DNA of 64,000 nt from Parcubacteria group bacterium (GCA_002688135.1 NZCD01000031.1:4544-68543), one strand, 5' to 3'; positions 1 through 11,270 are shown, counted from the first letter of the stretch. The notes: generated by a model not told the origin, from the sequence alone. A program made the numbers and translations.

Positions 1-2820
1 GTAGCACAAGTACAATCAGTGTCTAAGGGTGTTGCAACATTCACCAAATCAGGTGGATTGTTCACAGTTCCTGCAGGCGGTACAACAAACTTGGATTTGA
101 GAGTTGATGTAAACAAAGACGCATCAGCAGGAATCACAATTGGATGGAGCTTGGCAGCAGCCGACATTACATCAAGTGCTGATTCTGTATCAGGTTCAGC
201 AAGTGGTGAAAACCACACAGTAGCAGTCGTATCAGACTTGGCTTTCTTGGATGTTGCTAACGTATTACCGGCAGCAGCAGACACGATCGACCCACAAGAT
301 GACTACGACCTATGGACATTCCGACTCGACGCAAACTCACAAGACATGTTGGTGGAATCACTTACATTGACAAACGTGGGTTCAACAGATGACGATGACC
401 TACAAAACCTCGAATTGTGGTACCAAGGCTCAACACAGTTGGGTAGCACATTAGGAACACTCACAAACGGTACAGCAACATTTGACTTGACTGGTTCCGA
501 AGATGGTGGATTCAAGATCACTTCAGGACAACAACGTCAGTTGACTGTTCGTGCCGACATCAAGGGTGGAACTAATCGTACCGTACGATTCGGTATCCAG
601 GAGCAAACAGACATTGTCGTTAAAGACTTGAACTACAACGTCTACACAGTTCCTGCACAAGATGACAATTCTGCATTTGCAGTTACACAAGCTGGTGGCG
701 CAACAACCATTAACACTGGTTCATTGACACAAACCATCTCAACTGATTCACCAACAGGAAACATCCCTGACGGAGCAACAAACGTATTGCTCGCGAAGTT
801 CAACTTCAAAGCTTCAGGTGAGCCTGTGAAGGTGAAGAACTTGGACATTTCATGTACAGGTAATGCAGCAACAAACATCTTGAAGAACGTTAAAGTTTCA
901 TTTGATGGTTCACAAATCGGCTCAACATTGAGCTCATTGACATGTGACGCATCAAGTCCATCAGGAACAGACTTCAGCTTCGGAAACTCCTTCACAATTC
1001 AAGAAGGTGCAACTGGAACTGTAGAAGTTCACGGTGACTTGACTGATTCAACCATCGCTGCATCTGACACAACATCTGTGACATTGGCAGCAGGCTCATC
1101 AAATGCTAATGGTACTGTCTCATTGACAGCACTTTCAACCACAGCAATTTCTGGTCGAACATTGACCGTGAAATCAGGTGCGGTAAGCGTTCGAAAGAAC
1201 CCATCATTGGCAAACTACACATCATCACGTCCATTGGGTGTGCTTGGTTCAGCAAATGTCCGTGCTGGTTCATTCATCATCACTGGTGGAGCAGAAGCAT
1301 CAACCATCTCACAAATTGTGTTGAAGGATGATGTTGATACAACATCAGATGGTGTGACCTTGAAAGACTACTTCGATAATCTTTCAATCAAGCACGGTGA
1401 TACAATGTTGCACTCATCACCGCTGTCATTGACAGACACAGACTCAACAACATACACATTTAACCTATCTCCAAACGTAACGCTTGGTGTTGGTGAAACG
1501 TATGTCGTTGACGTGTACGTTGACATCTTGTCAACAGCTGGTGTTGCTACATCTAACTTGAACGACGACGATACTGATGGTGCTATCCAGGTTGATTCAG
1601 TTGTCGCTACAGGTGTAGAAACAAGTACAACAACATCTGACACATCAACAGATCCACGATTGCAACGTTTGAACATTGCAACTAACGGATCACTTCGTGT
1701 AACAATTGACGGTGACACACCACAAGACGATCAACTTGTCTTGGGTTCAACCGACCAAACGTTTGCGAAGTTCAAGTTGGCTGAAGAATCAAATGCAGAA
1801 GACGTCTTGATCAAAAAGTTCGTAGTTGCGGACGTGATCTCGGTTAATACTGCAGTGCCTTTCAGTTCAACTGGTACAATGCGAAACCTTAAGCTTTACA
1901 ATGGCTCAACACTGTTGGGATCAGTAGACGCTTTGGATGACTCCAAAACATCAACTGTACCTGTAGCTTCATTTGACTTGACTGGCCTTGCTGCTGGTGG
2001 ATTCAAATTGGCAAAGGGATCAACAACTGTATTGACATTGAAAGCTGACTTGACACCGTGGCTAGAGAATGAATCAGCATCCTCAACTCACCGGGCAACA
2101 ATCTTCACTTCAGATGCAGATTTAACAACTGCAGCTCAAGATGATTACATTGACGCTATCGGTTTGGGATCTGGTTTTGCTATCTCAACCACAAATGCTA
2201 CAGCTACATCAGGTCTCGTGATTGGTGTTGCAACAGGTGCAACACAAACTGCCTTGACTGGTAACGTAATGGATGCGTTGAGAACAAAGATCAGCATCGC
2301 CTACTCAGACGACGCTGGTAAGGTCTCACCATCTGGAACTGTAACTAAGTCTTCAGAGCAAACAATCTCGATCTTGAAGATATCTAATACTGCGAATGTA
2401 GGCGGGTACGAAGCAACCATTAAGGGATTGAATCTTGATGTTAACTCATCAGGTATTTCACTTGCTGGAACTCGTGTATTGAAGGTCTACAAAGATAGTA
2501 TTGATTCTGCTAACCAGCTCGCTACAACAACGTACGCGTTGGGAGCAGCTAACGCTGGTTTCTCAGATACAGCGATCGATGCAGCAAACTTCACCGACAT
2601 TACTGTTTCTGCTGGTAGCTCACGTTATGTTTACGTAACGTTGGACACCAATGACTCGTCAATTGGAGCAAACGATACATTGAGTATCGGAATCCAAACG
2701 ACAGCGGTAATAGGTATTGCTGGAGAAGTTATGAGTCCAGTATTGTGGTCAGATGGCTCTGCCCTCACTCTTACAGAGGTTAGAGGAATGCCATTGACTG
2801 GTAGATCAGTTTCCTACTAG
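1..2820 (+). CDS. Large Thr/Ser/Asp-rich repetitive surface protein (S-layer/adhesin-like), 5' partial
   Basis: Frame is open from nt 1 (GTG at 19 is only the first start-like codon). Low-complexity T/S/G/D-rich beta-type sequence. An internal repeat FDLTG..GGFK(I/L)..G...LT(V/L)(R/K)AD(I/L) occurs near aa 160 and aa 655. No catalytic motifs. A strong terminator follows. Confidence 0.55.
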   Translation, partial: VAQVQSVSKGVATFTKSGGLFTVPAGGTTNLDLRVDVNKDASAGITIGWSLAAADITSSADSVSGSASGENHTVAVVSDLAFLDVANVLPAAADTIDPQDDYDLWTFRLDANSQDMLVESLTLTNVGSTDDDDLQNLELWYQGSTQLGSTLGTLTNGTATFDLTGSEDGGFKITSGQQRQLTVRADIKGGTNRTVRFGIQEQTDIVVKDLNYNVYTVPAQDDNSAFAVTQAGGATTINTGSLTQTISTDSPTGNIPDGATNVLLAKFNFKASGEPVKVKNLDISCTGNAATNILKNVKVSFDGSQIGSTLSSLTCDASSPSGTDFSFGNSFTIQEGATGTVEVHGDLTDSTIAASDTTSVTLAAGSSNANGTVSLTALSTTAISGRTLTVKSGAVSVRKNPSLANYTSSRPLGVLGSANVRAGSFIITGGAEASTISQIVLKDDVDTTSDGVTLKDYFDNLSIKHGDTMLHSSPLSLTDTDSTTYTFNLSPNVTLGVGETYVVDVYVDILSTAGVATSNLNDDDTDGAIQVDSVVATGVETSTTTSDTSTDPRLQRLNIATNGSLRVTIDGDTPQDDQLVLGSTDQTFAKFKLAEESNAEDVLIKKFVVADVISVNTAVPFSSTGTMRNLKLYNGSTLLGSVDALDDSKTSTVPVASFDLTGLAAGGFKLAKGSTTVLTLKADLTPWLENESASSTHRATIFTSDADLTTAAQDDYIDAIGLGSGFAISTTNATATSGLVIGVATGATQTALTGNVMDALRTKISIAYSDDAGKVSPSGTVTKSSEQTISILKISNTANVGGYEATIKGLNLDVNSSGISLAGTRVLKVYKDSIDSANQLATTTYALGAANAGFSDTAIDAANFTDITVSAGSSRYVYVTLDTNDSSIGANDTLSIGIQTTAVIGIAGEVMSPVLWSDGSALTLTEVRGMPLTGRSVSY

Positions 2821-2850
2821 TTCGACCGTTGGGTTAGTTACCCAAAACAA

Positions 2851-2878
2851 ATCCCCTCGCAAGAGGGGATTTTGTTTT
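2851..2878 (+). terminator. Rho-independent terminator (ATCCCCTC-gcaa-GAGGGGAT followed by TTTGTTTT)
   Basis: Perfect 8-bp GC-rich stem with a 4-nt loop, then a T-run, 30 nt after the stop at 2820. Confidence 0.8.
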
Positions 2879-2906
2879 GATTTCTTGATCTTGTATATGC
2901 TATAAT
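2877..2906 (+). promoter_or_regulatory. sigma70-like promoter: TTGATT - 18 nt - TATAAT with extended -10 (TGcTATAAT)
   Basis: -35 at 2877-2882, -10 at 2901-2906, preceded by TGC. Shares the motif TATATGCTATA(A/C)T with the sites at 13588 and 39298. Confidence 0.5.
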
Positions 2907-2932
2907 ACCTTTGTATATAATTGAAATATCCT

Positions 2933-4525
2933 ATGTTTATTGCTGCTGCACGAGGTATAAAATCGCTGTTTTTTGTAATTGCCATATCAATGATGTTTAC
3001 ATGGGTTCAAACGGCAAGTGCTCAAGAGCGCTCTATGAAATTATTTTTTATGGCGACCGACGAATTCGGCAATTCGCTCGAGAGGGCACCACAAATACAC
3101 ATATCTGAATGCATGATTCATCAATCAGGAATGGTAAAACCAGATACAACAATTCCAAATCGTTACGAGGTAGAATTGCTATATGACCATGCAATCACAG
3201 GAACCAGGTGTATGGTAACAGTTTCTGCGCCCGGATTTGTATCATCAGAAAAAATCGAATTAGGAAATATTCAGGCCTCATCTGATTTCAATATAATTTC
3301 AAAACCAGTAAAATTGGAATACACACTAGCGGTGCGTCCCTACGACGACGAAGGAGCATCGCTAACAAACGCCGATGTATTTTTTGAAGGAACATCAGCT
3401 CGAGTAAAAAAAGGAGGTACATACTATTTTGCAGCAACTCATTCGGGGGCGCTTGAAATCTCACATCCAACATATGTGAGTCAATCTCAATCCACAGATG
3501 GTCTGCTGGGACTTGTACAGATTTCAAATAATGCAACAACAGCAGTATCATTTAAAGGCACTGGATCCTGCATGAAAAGCGGAACAGTACTCTCATGTGG
3601 TGCTTTGCAAGCATCAGCGAATATTTCGGTTAGAAATAATGCCGACATTTTGATAAGCGGAACAACAGTAACGCTCTACACAGACAAAGCACGCACAAAA
3701 ATTGCAAAAGAACTAGGGGCAGTAGAGCGAGATGCAACACAAATCATAGGTTCAGCGAATGTTAATTTTGCGATAATGTCTGGCACCTATTACGCGACGA
3801 TCCAGAAACAAAGATACAATACAATACATGACACGATACACATCGAAGATGAAGGAAATAATGAAATCGTATACCATCTCGATTTAGAATCACCATCAAA
3901 AATCTCCCCAACACGCTCGGCGGCTACGGTCAGTCGCGTATCCGCAATCGCAGACTTGAACGACACAGTAATTGTAAATGTTGTAGTGAGGTCTTCTGAC
4001 AGCACATTGCTTAAAAATCATGTTATTGAAATCGATACAGGAGATGATACAGACGTTGTGACATTTGATAGCGGATCGCTAACCAACAATCAGGGGTTAG
4101 TTATCGCGTATGTCACTGCCTCAAATGCGGGGGAGCGAACCCTACAGGTAAAAGCAAATGGATTGCTCATATCAAATTTCCCAAAAATTTGGTTTGAATC
4201 AGTGGAGGATGAAGATAGTATCAGCCCAAAAAAAAGCTTCACGGAACAAACACCATCTCCAATCATGGTCGGAGGAACAGAGGAAGTTACGGTGACAGTT
4301 CATGCAAAAAATCACAAGGGAGTATATCTATCAGGGAAAGATGTGGCGCTGACCAGCGATAGAGCCAGCAGTGATGTTATCAGTTGTGATAATGGAAAAA
4401 CTCAGCAAGGAAAAGTAACATGCATATTCTCATCAAATGAGGCGGGAACAAGCATATTGACGGCAACTGTAGATGATGTCATTATAGACAAAATAGCTGT
4501 TTCTGTTTCGCCAATTCCTTCATAA
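2933..4525 (+). CDS. Secreted protein with N-terminal signal peptide and C-terminal bacterial Ig-like (Big-type) beta domains
   Basis: The track ORF begins with TTG at 2921. The first ATG at 2933 gives MFIAAARGIKSLFFVIAISMMFTWVQTASA|QE, a classic signal peptide with an AxA cleavage site. The C-terminus (VTVTVHAKN...GKVTCIF...TSILTATVDD) is Ig-like. Confidence 0.5.
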   Translation: MFIAAARGIKSLFFVIAISMMFTWVQTASAQERSMKLFFMATDEFGNSLERAPQIHISECMIHQSGMVKPDTTIPNRYEVELLYDHAITGTRCMVTVSAPGFVSSEKIELGNIQASSDFNIISKPVKLEYTLAVRPYDDEGASLTNADVFFEGTSARVKKGGTYYFAATHSGALEISHPTYVSQSQSTDGLLGLVQISNNATTAVSFKGTGSCMKSGTVLSCGALQASANISVRNNADILISGTTVTLYTDKARTKIAKELGAVERDATQIIGSANVNFAIMSGTYYATIQKQRYNTIHDTIHIEDEGNNEIVYHLDLESPSKISPTRSAATVSRVSAIADLNDTVIVNVVVRSSDSTLLKNHVIEIDTGDDTDVVTFDSGSLTNNQGLVIAYVTASNAGERTLQVKANGLLISNFPKIWFESVEDEDSISPKKSFTEQTPSPIMVGGTEEVTVTVHAKNHKGVYLSGKDVALTSDRASSDVISCDNGKTQQGKVTCIFSSNEAGTSILTATVDDVIIDKIAVSVSPIPS

Positions 4526-6811
4526 ATGAGTCAAGAAACCACGAAAAACACAAAGAACTGGATTATCCGCGGTTGTGTGGCCGCGGTTTTTTTGCTTCCT
4601 GTTATCACAACACCACCATTAGTTTACGAAGGTCATGTTGGGAAATGGCTCTTAATTCTTGGGGTAACAGTATTCCTTATCATGTACACGTGGATGAAAA
4701 AAAATACATCAGAAGATCCTCTTAATCGATCAATACATTTTGGTTTAACAGCTTTGACAATATATGGGCTAATACTTATTGCATGGTCATTTTTGGGGGA
4801 TGCAACAAAAGGATTGTGGGGAGATGCATTAAGGCTTAATGGAGCAATGGTTTGGCTAGTGATGATTGGATTGGCTTGGTGGTTGAGTTGGTGGGCCAAC
4901 TCACTTCAAAAGAGATTATTTGTTTTGAGAATCCAATCATTTGCAGCAGTAATTGTGACAGCGCTCGCAATTCTTGTACAGTTCTCTCCTGATTTTTTCA
5001 ATGCAATGGTAGGAACTGAAGGTGTGTTGTGGGACAAAAATATTGGGTTTGTCGGAGTTAAGCTCATGGGGTTGTGGGGAAGTTCAACCTATCTTGCGGC
5101 GTATTTGCTCATGAGCTTATTTCTGATGGCGCTGCATATATCCACTGAAAATTCAAAAACAATAAAAAATATATTGAAGTTAGGCATTCTGCTTGTAATA
5201 TTCGGGGTGTGGGGAACCGGTTCGAGGGGGGCGATAATCGGATTAGTGGTTGGATTAGGCTTAATGGGTTGTGCGTATATTCAGGGTAGAAGTAAAAAGA
5301 TGTACACACTCGTGAAGCGTATTGCGATTGCAGCCATCATCGGAACAATTATTGGTATATACGCAACTGCGTTCACTCCGAGCGATCAACAACAACAGCG
5401 CCCGTACCATCCAATGTATTGGTACGAACAGATGGAATCACAAGGTGGTATATCTACTCGTCTACTTCTATGGTCATCAGCCCTTGATGGTATTGCAGAA
5501 AAACCATGGTTGGGCTGGGGTAACGAAATGTATGAAACAGTATTTGATGTGCATTACAAAAAAGAAATGGCACGATTTGGTTTGCAGGAAACATGGGCAG
5601 AGCGCACACATAGTCAGTTACTTGAAGTAACAGTCACAACGGGAGTTATCGGATTGCTCGTATATCTTCTTTTGGTACTCTCACCACTTCTGGCTAAACA
5701 GGCTGAAAATGAAGAACAAAAAACACTACGCATATATGCAGCCGGCACTCTTGGTGCATACGCTGGATTTGGTTTATTTGCATTCAATACACCATCACAA
5801 TTATTACATATTGCACTCATTGTGGGTCTTGGCGCAGCAGTGAGTAAAAAAGTTGTATTACCAGGATGGACTAGGGGTGTCTCAAGTCGAATTATCATTA
5901 TTTGTGCTGCTGTGGCAATACTGTTTACATTAGTTATCAAGCCTTGGACAGAAGCAAAGCAGGTGCAGCAGGTTCGTGACGCACTCGAAAAAGGAGACAT
6001 TACACAATATGAAAAAAAACTCACCTCCGTTCTTGAGTTACAATCTCTCACGCAAACTGATACACTCAAAATACTCACGGATGATTTAGTAAACAACAAC
6101 AATGGGGTGCTGCCCTTAGAATTTTTCCAAATAGGAATACCACTATTACTCAAAGGCCTTGATGCCTACCATGAAACATACAATCCAAGATATGCAATGA
6201 AACTGCGCGAGGTACAACTTAAGAGTCTTGCAGCAGAACATATTGATGCGGCTTCCTACAGGGCGGCAATTGAGCAGGAATATAATGATGTGCGTAAACT
6301 TTCCACAGGACGTCAAACGGTCGATGTTAATCAGATGAATTACTATATTCAGCTGGGAGAGCTTGAAAAGGCGCGTGAATTAATAGAAAAACTTGTTATC
6401 GATGTTCCTTCAAGTAGCGATTTTCAGTGGACACGTGTCATTATTATGTCAGCACAAGAGCAAACGCACGAAGCTGGATTGGTGGCTGCACAACTCATAA
6501 GAAATGACATATTCATACCTCGCATGTCACAGTCAACTCTGGATCTAATTCTTGTCTTACTTGAAGAGGTGGGCGATTATAAGGCAGTATTTCATCAGCT
6601 TAACATACTCCTTAACCTGTCACAGGAAAATCCACACCTTGAAACAGGACACAACTTTTTAAGAAAAGCATACGCAGCCTATAATCTCGATGCATATATC
6701 ATTGCACGTACAGATGCGTTGGCTGCACTTGAGTTGGATTCTGCACTAAAGCCACAGGTAACTGATTTAATAGCTCGAATTGAAGTAGCAACTCAACCAA
6801 CCAATGAATAA
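4526..6811 (+). CDS. Wzy_C-domain (O-antigen ligase / O-oligosaccharyltransferase-like) polytopic membrane protein with C-terminal TPR-like domain, paralog 1
   Basis: About 10 TM helices; WGTGSRGAIIGLVVG (the (T/S)xSRGA motif of Wzy_C) and the periplasmic-loop motif ...RTHSQLLEVTVTTGVIGL (the HNxxLE-type motif). C-terminal ~300 aa soluble helical-repeat domain. Confidence 0.7.
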   Translation: MSQETTKNTKNWIIRGCVAAVFLLPVITTPPLVYEGHVGKWLLILGVTVFLIMYTWMKKNTSEDPLNRSIHFGLTALTIYGLILIAWSFLGDATKGLWGDALRLNGAMVWLVMIGLAWWLSWWANSLQKRLFVLRIQSFAAVIVTALAILVQFSPDFFNAMVGTEGVLWDKNIGFVGVKLMGLWGSSTYLAAYLLMSLFLMALHISTENSKTIKNILKLGILLVIFGVWGTGSRGAIIGLVVGLGLMGCAYIQGRSKKMYTLVKRIAIAAIIGTIIGIYATAFTPSDQQQQRPYHPMYWYEQMESQGGISTRLLLWSSALDGIAEKPWLGWGNEMYETVFDVHYKKEMARFGLQETWAERTHSQLLEVTVTTGVIGLLVYLLLVLSPLLAKQAENEEQKTLRIYAAGTLGAYAGFGLFAFNTPSQLLHIALIVGLGAAVSKKVVLPGWTRGVSSRIIIICAAVAILFTLVIKPWTEAKQVQQVRDALEKGDITQYEKKLTSVLELQSLTQTDTLKILTDDLVNNNNGVLPLEFFQIGIPLLLKGLDAYHETYNPRYAMKLREVQLKSLAAEHIDAASYRAAIEQEYNDVRKLSTGRQTVDVNQMNYYIQLGELEKARELIEKLVIDVPSSSDFQWTRVIIMSAQEQTHEAGLVAAQLIRNDIFIPRMSQSTLDLILVLLEEVGDYKAVFHQLNILLNLSQENPHLETGHNFLRKAYAAYNLDAYIIARTDALAALELDSALKPQVTDLIARIEVATQPTNE

Positions 6812-9068
6812 ACGCGCACTCATAAAATACAGCAGGTGGATATCATGGCTAACAGTCGCACTCATGCCGCTCATAGTATTGCCGTCAGTGATATACCCAT
6901 TCATGTTCGGAAAGACGCTTTTTTTGCATACAACCAGTATTGCTCTGATTATAATATGGGCAGTCTTACTCACGTTTCAAGATCTTCAAAAAAGACTCCT
7001 CACAATCTTAAAAAAACCTATAACAATTTTATTCTCCTTGTATCTTATAAGTGCATGGATCTCATCAATATTTGGAGTCGATCCATCGCGCAGTTTCTGG
7101 GGAACACAATCACGCGGAACAGGACTGCTCACACTCACACAAATATGGCTGTGGTTTGTATTAACACGTGCTACTCACACTACCACAAAAGATTATAAAA
7201 GACTCACACAAATAATTTCAATATCAGGTTTGGTAGTTTCTGGAATTGCACTGGCTCGATTAAAAGGAATTGTATTATTCGGCGTAGATACAGGACTACG
7301 TATTTCCGGAACAATAGCAAATCCAATTTTTTTCGCTGGCATGTTGATTCTCTATATTGGAATAGCTGGATACGGATATTTCACGCATGAAAACAAACTT
7401 TACAAAGCGCTATTTGTATTGCTGGCATTGTTCCAAACACTTATCATGTTTTTCACGCAGACTCGAAGCGCAGCACTTGGATTTGTTGTGGGTGCGATCA
7501 TAGCAGGTATACTTGTTACATTAAGTTCAAAAAGAAAAATAATCCGATACACGACAATTGGATTATTAATCACTGGAATACTCGCAATAACACTAGCAAT
7601 AGCATTTCACAAATCATTTGATGAAAAAGTTCCGCTAATTGGTAGATTGGTAGCTGTCACAACATTACAAGATAGCTCACTCGTTTCGCGCATTAGCGCA
7701 TGGAAAAGTGGATGGCAATCATTTAAACAAAGACCAATACTAGGCTGGGGACAAGAATCATTTATTGCAGCGTTTGATACGAATTACAACCCAGACTCAT
7801 TGTTTCTCGGTTTTGCTGAAACACGATTTGATCGAGCGCATAATTTAATCGTCGAGCTGTTGGTAACAGGAGGATTGATCGGGTTGCTTGCTTACGCAGC
7901 ATTATTACTAAGATTCCTCTATCAACTTTGGCAATCAAGCAAATGGAAACGACCAATAAACATTCTAGCAATCGCCACGCTTGCAGCCTACCTAGTACAC
8001 TTAATGTTTTCATTCGATACGGCAATTTCACTCATTCTATTGTTTTCGCTAATGATATTGCATGAACCAACCACCACACCACAAGAAATAGATAATAAAA
8101 AAATCGAAGGTAAAAAAATTGTGATACTCACCATCGCATCATTAATCGGTTTGATGGGAATCTACCGTTTTGTATATCTGCCTTTAAAGCAATCATCTGC
8201 CCTCATCGATACACTTGTCTTTGCCGCAGAACATTCGCGTCTACAAGCCACGCCTCGTCTACAAGGAGTGCTTAACATACCAACACCTTATAAAACAGAA
8301 GCTCGCAACGAATACGTAAAAAATGTTGTACGGGGTGTACAGGCTGGTGTATATAGTAATGAAGAAGTTGGTGAATTTATACTCCGAGCAGAACAAGTTG
8401 GATTGCAAAATATTGTGGATCATAAATATGATTCATATCACACATACTTAAACGCTGTGTTGTATTATCAAGCGACCAAGTTAGACCCGTCATACGCACA
8501 AAAAAGCATCGATTATTTTAAGGACGCAATTGAAAAATCTGAAAGGCAGCAATACATGTTTGCGCTTGCAGAGCTATATATGAGCATAGGTGATGATCAA
8601 AAGGCGCATGATGTATACAAGCGAGCTCATGATCTTTCAGCGAAAGTGGGGATTGGGCATTGGTACTATGGTTTATCTTTATTAAGAATGGAGCAGAAGG
8701 AGGAGGGCGTGCAAGAGATCATTGAGGCAATAGATTTAGGGTACGTTCCTGTGGAGGGTGATCAGAAAAAATTAACCGCAGGTATTTTATTGGAACATAA
8801 AGAGTATGATCAAGCATTAAAAGTTTATTGGCAGATCATGCATATTGAAGGAAATATTCGAAATCCACAAACATGGGCTGAATATGCAATATATTTGAAA
8901 GAAGGAGGCTATTCACACAGCGCAAAATTAGCTGCCGAAACAGCCGTAAAATTGGATACAGGCTTTAAGCAGGAGGCGGATATGTTTATTGCAGAGCTTC
9001 CGGTCATGAATCATGATGGAAAGACAGAGATAATTCTCAATCTCCGTGAGGATTTTGATATTGAATAA
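6804..9068 (+). CDS. Wzy_C-domain + TPR membrane protein, paralog 2
   Basis: FTQTRSAALGFVVGAII and RAHNLIVELLVTGGLIGLLAY motifs. TPR-like C-terminus (ELYMSIGDDQKAHDVYKRA...). Overlaps the upstream stop, suggesting translational coupling. Confidence 0.7.
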   Translation: MNKRALIKYSRWISWLTVALMPLIVLPSVIYPFMFGKTLFLHTTSIALIIIWAVLLTFQDLQKRLLTILKKPITILFSLYLISAWISSIFGVDPSRSFWGTQSRGTGLLTLTQIWLWFVLTRATHTTTKDYKRLTQIISISGLVVSGIALARLKGIVLFGVDTGLRISGTIANPIFFAGMLILYIGIAGYGYFTHENKLYKALFVLLALFQTLIMFFTQTRSAALGFVVGAIIAGILVTLSSKRKIIRYTTIGLLITGILAITLAIAFHKSFDEKVPLIGRLVAVTTLQDSSLVSRISAWKSGWQSFKQRPILGWGQESFIAAFDTNYNPDSLFLGFAETRFDRAHNLIVELLVTGGLIGLLAYAALLLRFLYQLWQSSKWKRPINILAIATLAAYLVHLMFSFDTAISLILLFSLMILHEPTTTPQEIDNKKIEGKKIVILTIASLIGLMGIYRFVYLPLKQSSALIDTLVFAAEHSRLQATPRLQGVLNIPTPYKTEARNEYVKNVVRGVQAGVYSNEEVGEFILRAEQVGLQNIVDHKYDSYHTYLNAVLYYQATKLDPSYAQKSIDYFKDAIEKSERQQYMFALAELYMSIGDDQKAHDVYKRAHDLSAKVGIGHWYYGLSLLRMEQKEEGVQEIIEAIDLGYVPVEGDQKKLTAGILLEHKEYDQALKVYWQIMHIEGNIRNPQTWAEYAIYLKEGGYSHSAKLAAETAVKLDTGFKQEADMFIAELPVMNHDGKTEIILNLREDFDIE

Positions 9069-9071
9069 TGT

Positions 9072-11243
9072 ATGAAAATTCGCCACTACATCTCAAGTTA
9101 CAATCATTGGCTAATTGCGCTCGTTCTGTGTGCAGTTATTGTGGCACCAACAAGCGTACTCTTTCCTCATACATTTGGAAAAACCTTATTCTTCGTAATT
9201 GCACTAGCAATAATCGCACCGCTAATATTGTTTGGCCAAAAGCAAATTCAGATTCCAAGAAATCACATTACCATCGCACTTTCGCTGTTTATTGTTTCAA
9301 TGATAGTTTCAACAATATTCAGTGTAGATAGTTCACAAAGCTTATGGGGGACGGATACTCGCGGATTCGGACTGTGGGTTTGGGTTTGGATGTGGATTCT
9401 ATATATCCTTCTGTCTAATATACTGAAGCATCAAAATAAGAAGCGATTTCTTACATGGCTAATTATCATGTTGGGAAACACAGCTCTTTTAAAAGTGATA
9501 TCAGAGGTCGTAACGTTCGGATATCAACACCGCGCAGAGTCATTTTTTGGAAACCCGCTCTTATATGCAAATGTCGCACTCTTCCCATTATTTTTTGCAC
9601 TAGAAAGATTTTTTGCAGAGTCTGACACACGTTGGAAAACTGTTGCACTAATTTCGGCAATGGCAAGTGGAGCTGGAATCTATCTTACTCAAACCCGTGG
9701 TGTTATTGTAGGATTGGGAGTCGCTGTGATTGCAATTATTGCATACGGCTTTCGGCCCAAAACACGAAAACAAAAAAAACGACTAGCATTAGCAAGTATC
9801 GCAACAGTAATAATCATTGCAGGATTGTGGACCATCAGAGACACGCGCACTATAAGACAATTTAAAGCACTCAACCGAATCCTCAATATCTCGTTGTCAG
9901 AATCAAGTGCAAACCAGAGGCTAATATTATGGAAATCAGGATTCAAGGCTGCACAAGAAAAACCACTTCTCGGCTGGGGGCCAGAAACATACGACTACGC
10001 ATTTAACAAACATTTTGATCCGATATTCACGCGATTCGGATTCAATCAAACATACTCGGATCGTGCTCACAACATGTACGTGGATGCGCTCATCATGCAA
10101 GGAATCCTTGGACTTCTGATATTTTTGTTTCTGCTATTTGCAATGTTTAGATCGATTGTAAAAAAATCGGATAATACGGACAAAATAAATGTAGTGCTGT
10201 TGGCGTTATTGGTAGCATATGCAGTACAAGCAATATTTTCATTTGATTCACCAGCTACCGCAATACTCTTCATGTTTTTCGCCGCATATCTCACAGCACG
10301 ATCAAATAACAGATCAATATCAGCAAGAGGTGCTGGACTAGCGATAATCTGCGTGATGATTTCAATACCAACATTGTATGTTGCATCACAAGCAATCGCC
10401 AGCTCACAAGCAATAATGACAATTGAGCACCGTAGTGATATAGGACAACCAGAGATACAGCTTGCCAAAACAACACTTGAAAAATGGTCTCCACATCAAA
10501 ATTCTCTAACCCAGCGCTATGTAAATCTAACATTCGAACGCTCAAATAGAGATGATGCACACAAAGCAAATATATTATTGCAATCAGGTATCGATGAGAT
10601 CAATAAGGGTATAGAGCGTAGTCCAGAAAAATTTGAATATCATTTCACACTCGGAAATCTATTGACAAAGGCAGGCTATATCATAGATCCATCATTCACA
10701 GATAGCGCAGAAACCGCTCTCACACGCGCACTATCACTTTCACCTAATCGAGTCGCAGTTCTATTTCAGAATGCAAATTTATATGTCTTGACTAAGGAAT
10801 ATGACAAGGCGGTGGAAGTATTAAACAGAGCAGTAGCATTGGGCCCAGACCTATCTCAATCACATTATCTTAAGGGATTAATATTAACTTATACAGAAAA
10901 AAAGGATGAAGGTTTGGATTCGCTTGCTACGGCTATTCACATGGAAAATCCTTATCTTTCAACGAACGTGCCGGAACTACAGCAGATTGCTCGGGTTGCA
11001 GTGGAGAGAGAGCGTGTTGATATCCTTACATATGTATTCGTTCGTTTAATCCGCATGGATCCACTCACGGAAGAAAATTGGTACAATATGGAACAGTTAA
11101 TGAACCTTGACGGAGTTGAAAAGCCCCCTGTAAGAGATGTTATGCAATACTTGCAAGAGCAAGGATATAATCGAAATCATGACTATGCTGCAGTGAGAGC
11201 CAAGGCAACAGAATTTCTGGAGCAATATAAACTAGAGAATTAA
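9072..11243 (+). CDS. Wzy_C-domain + TPR membrane protein, paralog 3
   Basis: LTQTRGVIVGLGVAVIAI and RAHNMYVDALIMQGILGLLIF motifs. TPR-like C-terminus (LSLSPNRVAVLFQNANLYVLTKEYDKAVEVLNRAVALGP). Confidence 0.7.
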   Translation: MKIRHYISSYNHWLIALVLCAVIVAPTSVLFPHTFGKTLFFVIALAIIAPLILFGQKQIQIPRNHITIALSLFIVSMIVSTIFSVDSSQSLWGTDTRGFGLWVWVWMWILYILLSNILKHQNKKRFLTWLIIMLGNTALLKVISEVVTFGYQHRAESFFGNPLLYANVALFPLFFALERFFAESDTRWKTVALISAMASGAGIYLTQTRGVIVGLGVAVIAIIAYGFRPKTRKQKKRLALASIATVIIIAGLWTIRDTRTIRQFKALNRILNISLSESSANQRLILWKSGFKAAQEKPLLGWGPETYDYAFNKHFDPIFTRFGFNQTYSDRAHNMYVDALIMQGILGLLIFLFLLFAMFRSIVKKSDNTDKINVVLLALLVAYAVQAIFSFDSPATAILFMFFAAYLTARSNNRSISARGAGLAIICVMISIPTLYVASQAIASSQAIMTIEHRSDIGQPEIQLAKTTLEKWSPHQNSLTQRYVNLTFERSNRDDAHKANILLQSGIDEINKGIERSPEKFEYHFTLGNLLTKAGYIIDPSFTDSAETALTRALSLSPNRVAVLFQNANLYVLTKEYDKAVEVLNRAVALGPDLSQSHYLKGLILTYTEKKDEGLDSLATAIHMENPYLSTNVPELQQIARVAVERERVDILTYVFVRLIRMDPLTEENWYNMEQLMNLDGVEKPPVRDVMQYLQEQGYNRNHDYAAVRAKATEFLEQYKLEN

Positions 11244-11245
11244 AA

Positions 11246-11265
11246 AGCCCTCCAGTCGGAGGGCT
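11246..11265. terminator. Bidirectional terminator hairpin AGCCCTCC-agtc-GGAGGGCT between convergent genes
   Basis: Perfect 8-bp stem lying between the + gene end (11243) and the - gene end (11271). Confidence 0.7.
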
Positions 11266-11270
11266 CGCGG

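Noticed and set aside
6836-7198. 120-aa ORF in an alternative frame at the start of Wzy_C paralog 2 (and numerous other 60-130-aa ORFs nested in large genes)
   Set aside because: Each is fully overlapped by a motif-supported long CDS. They have no RBS or motif support and are typical AT-rich spurious frames.
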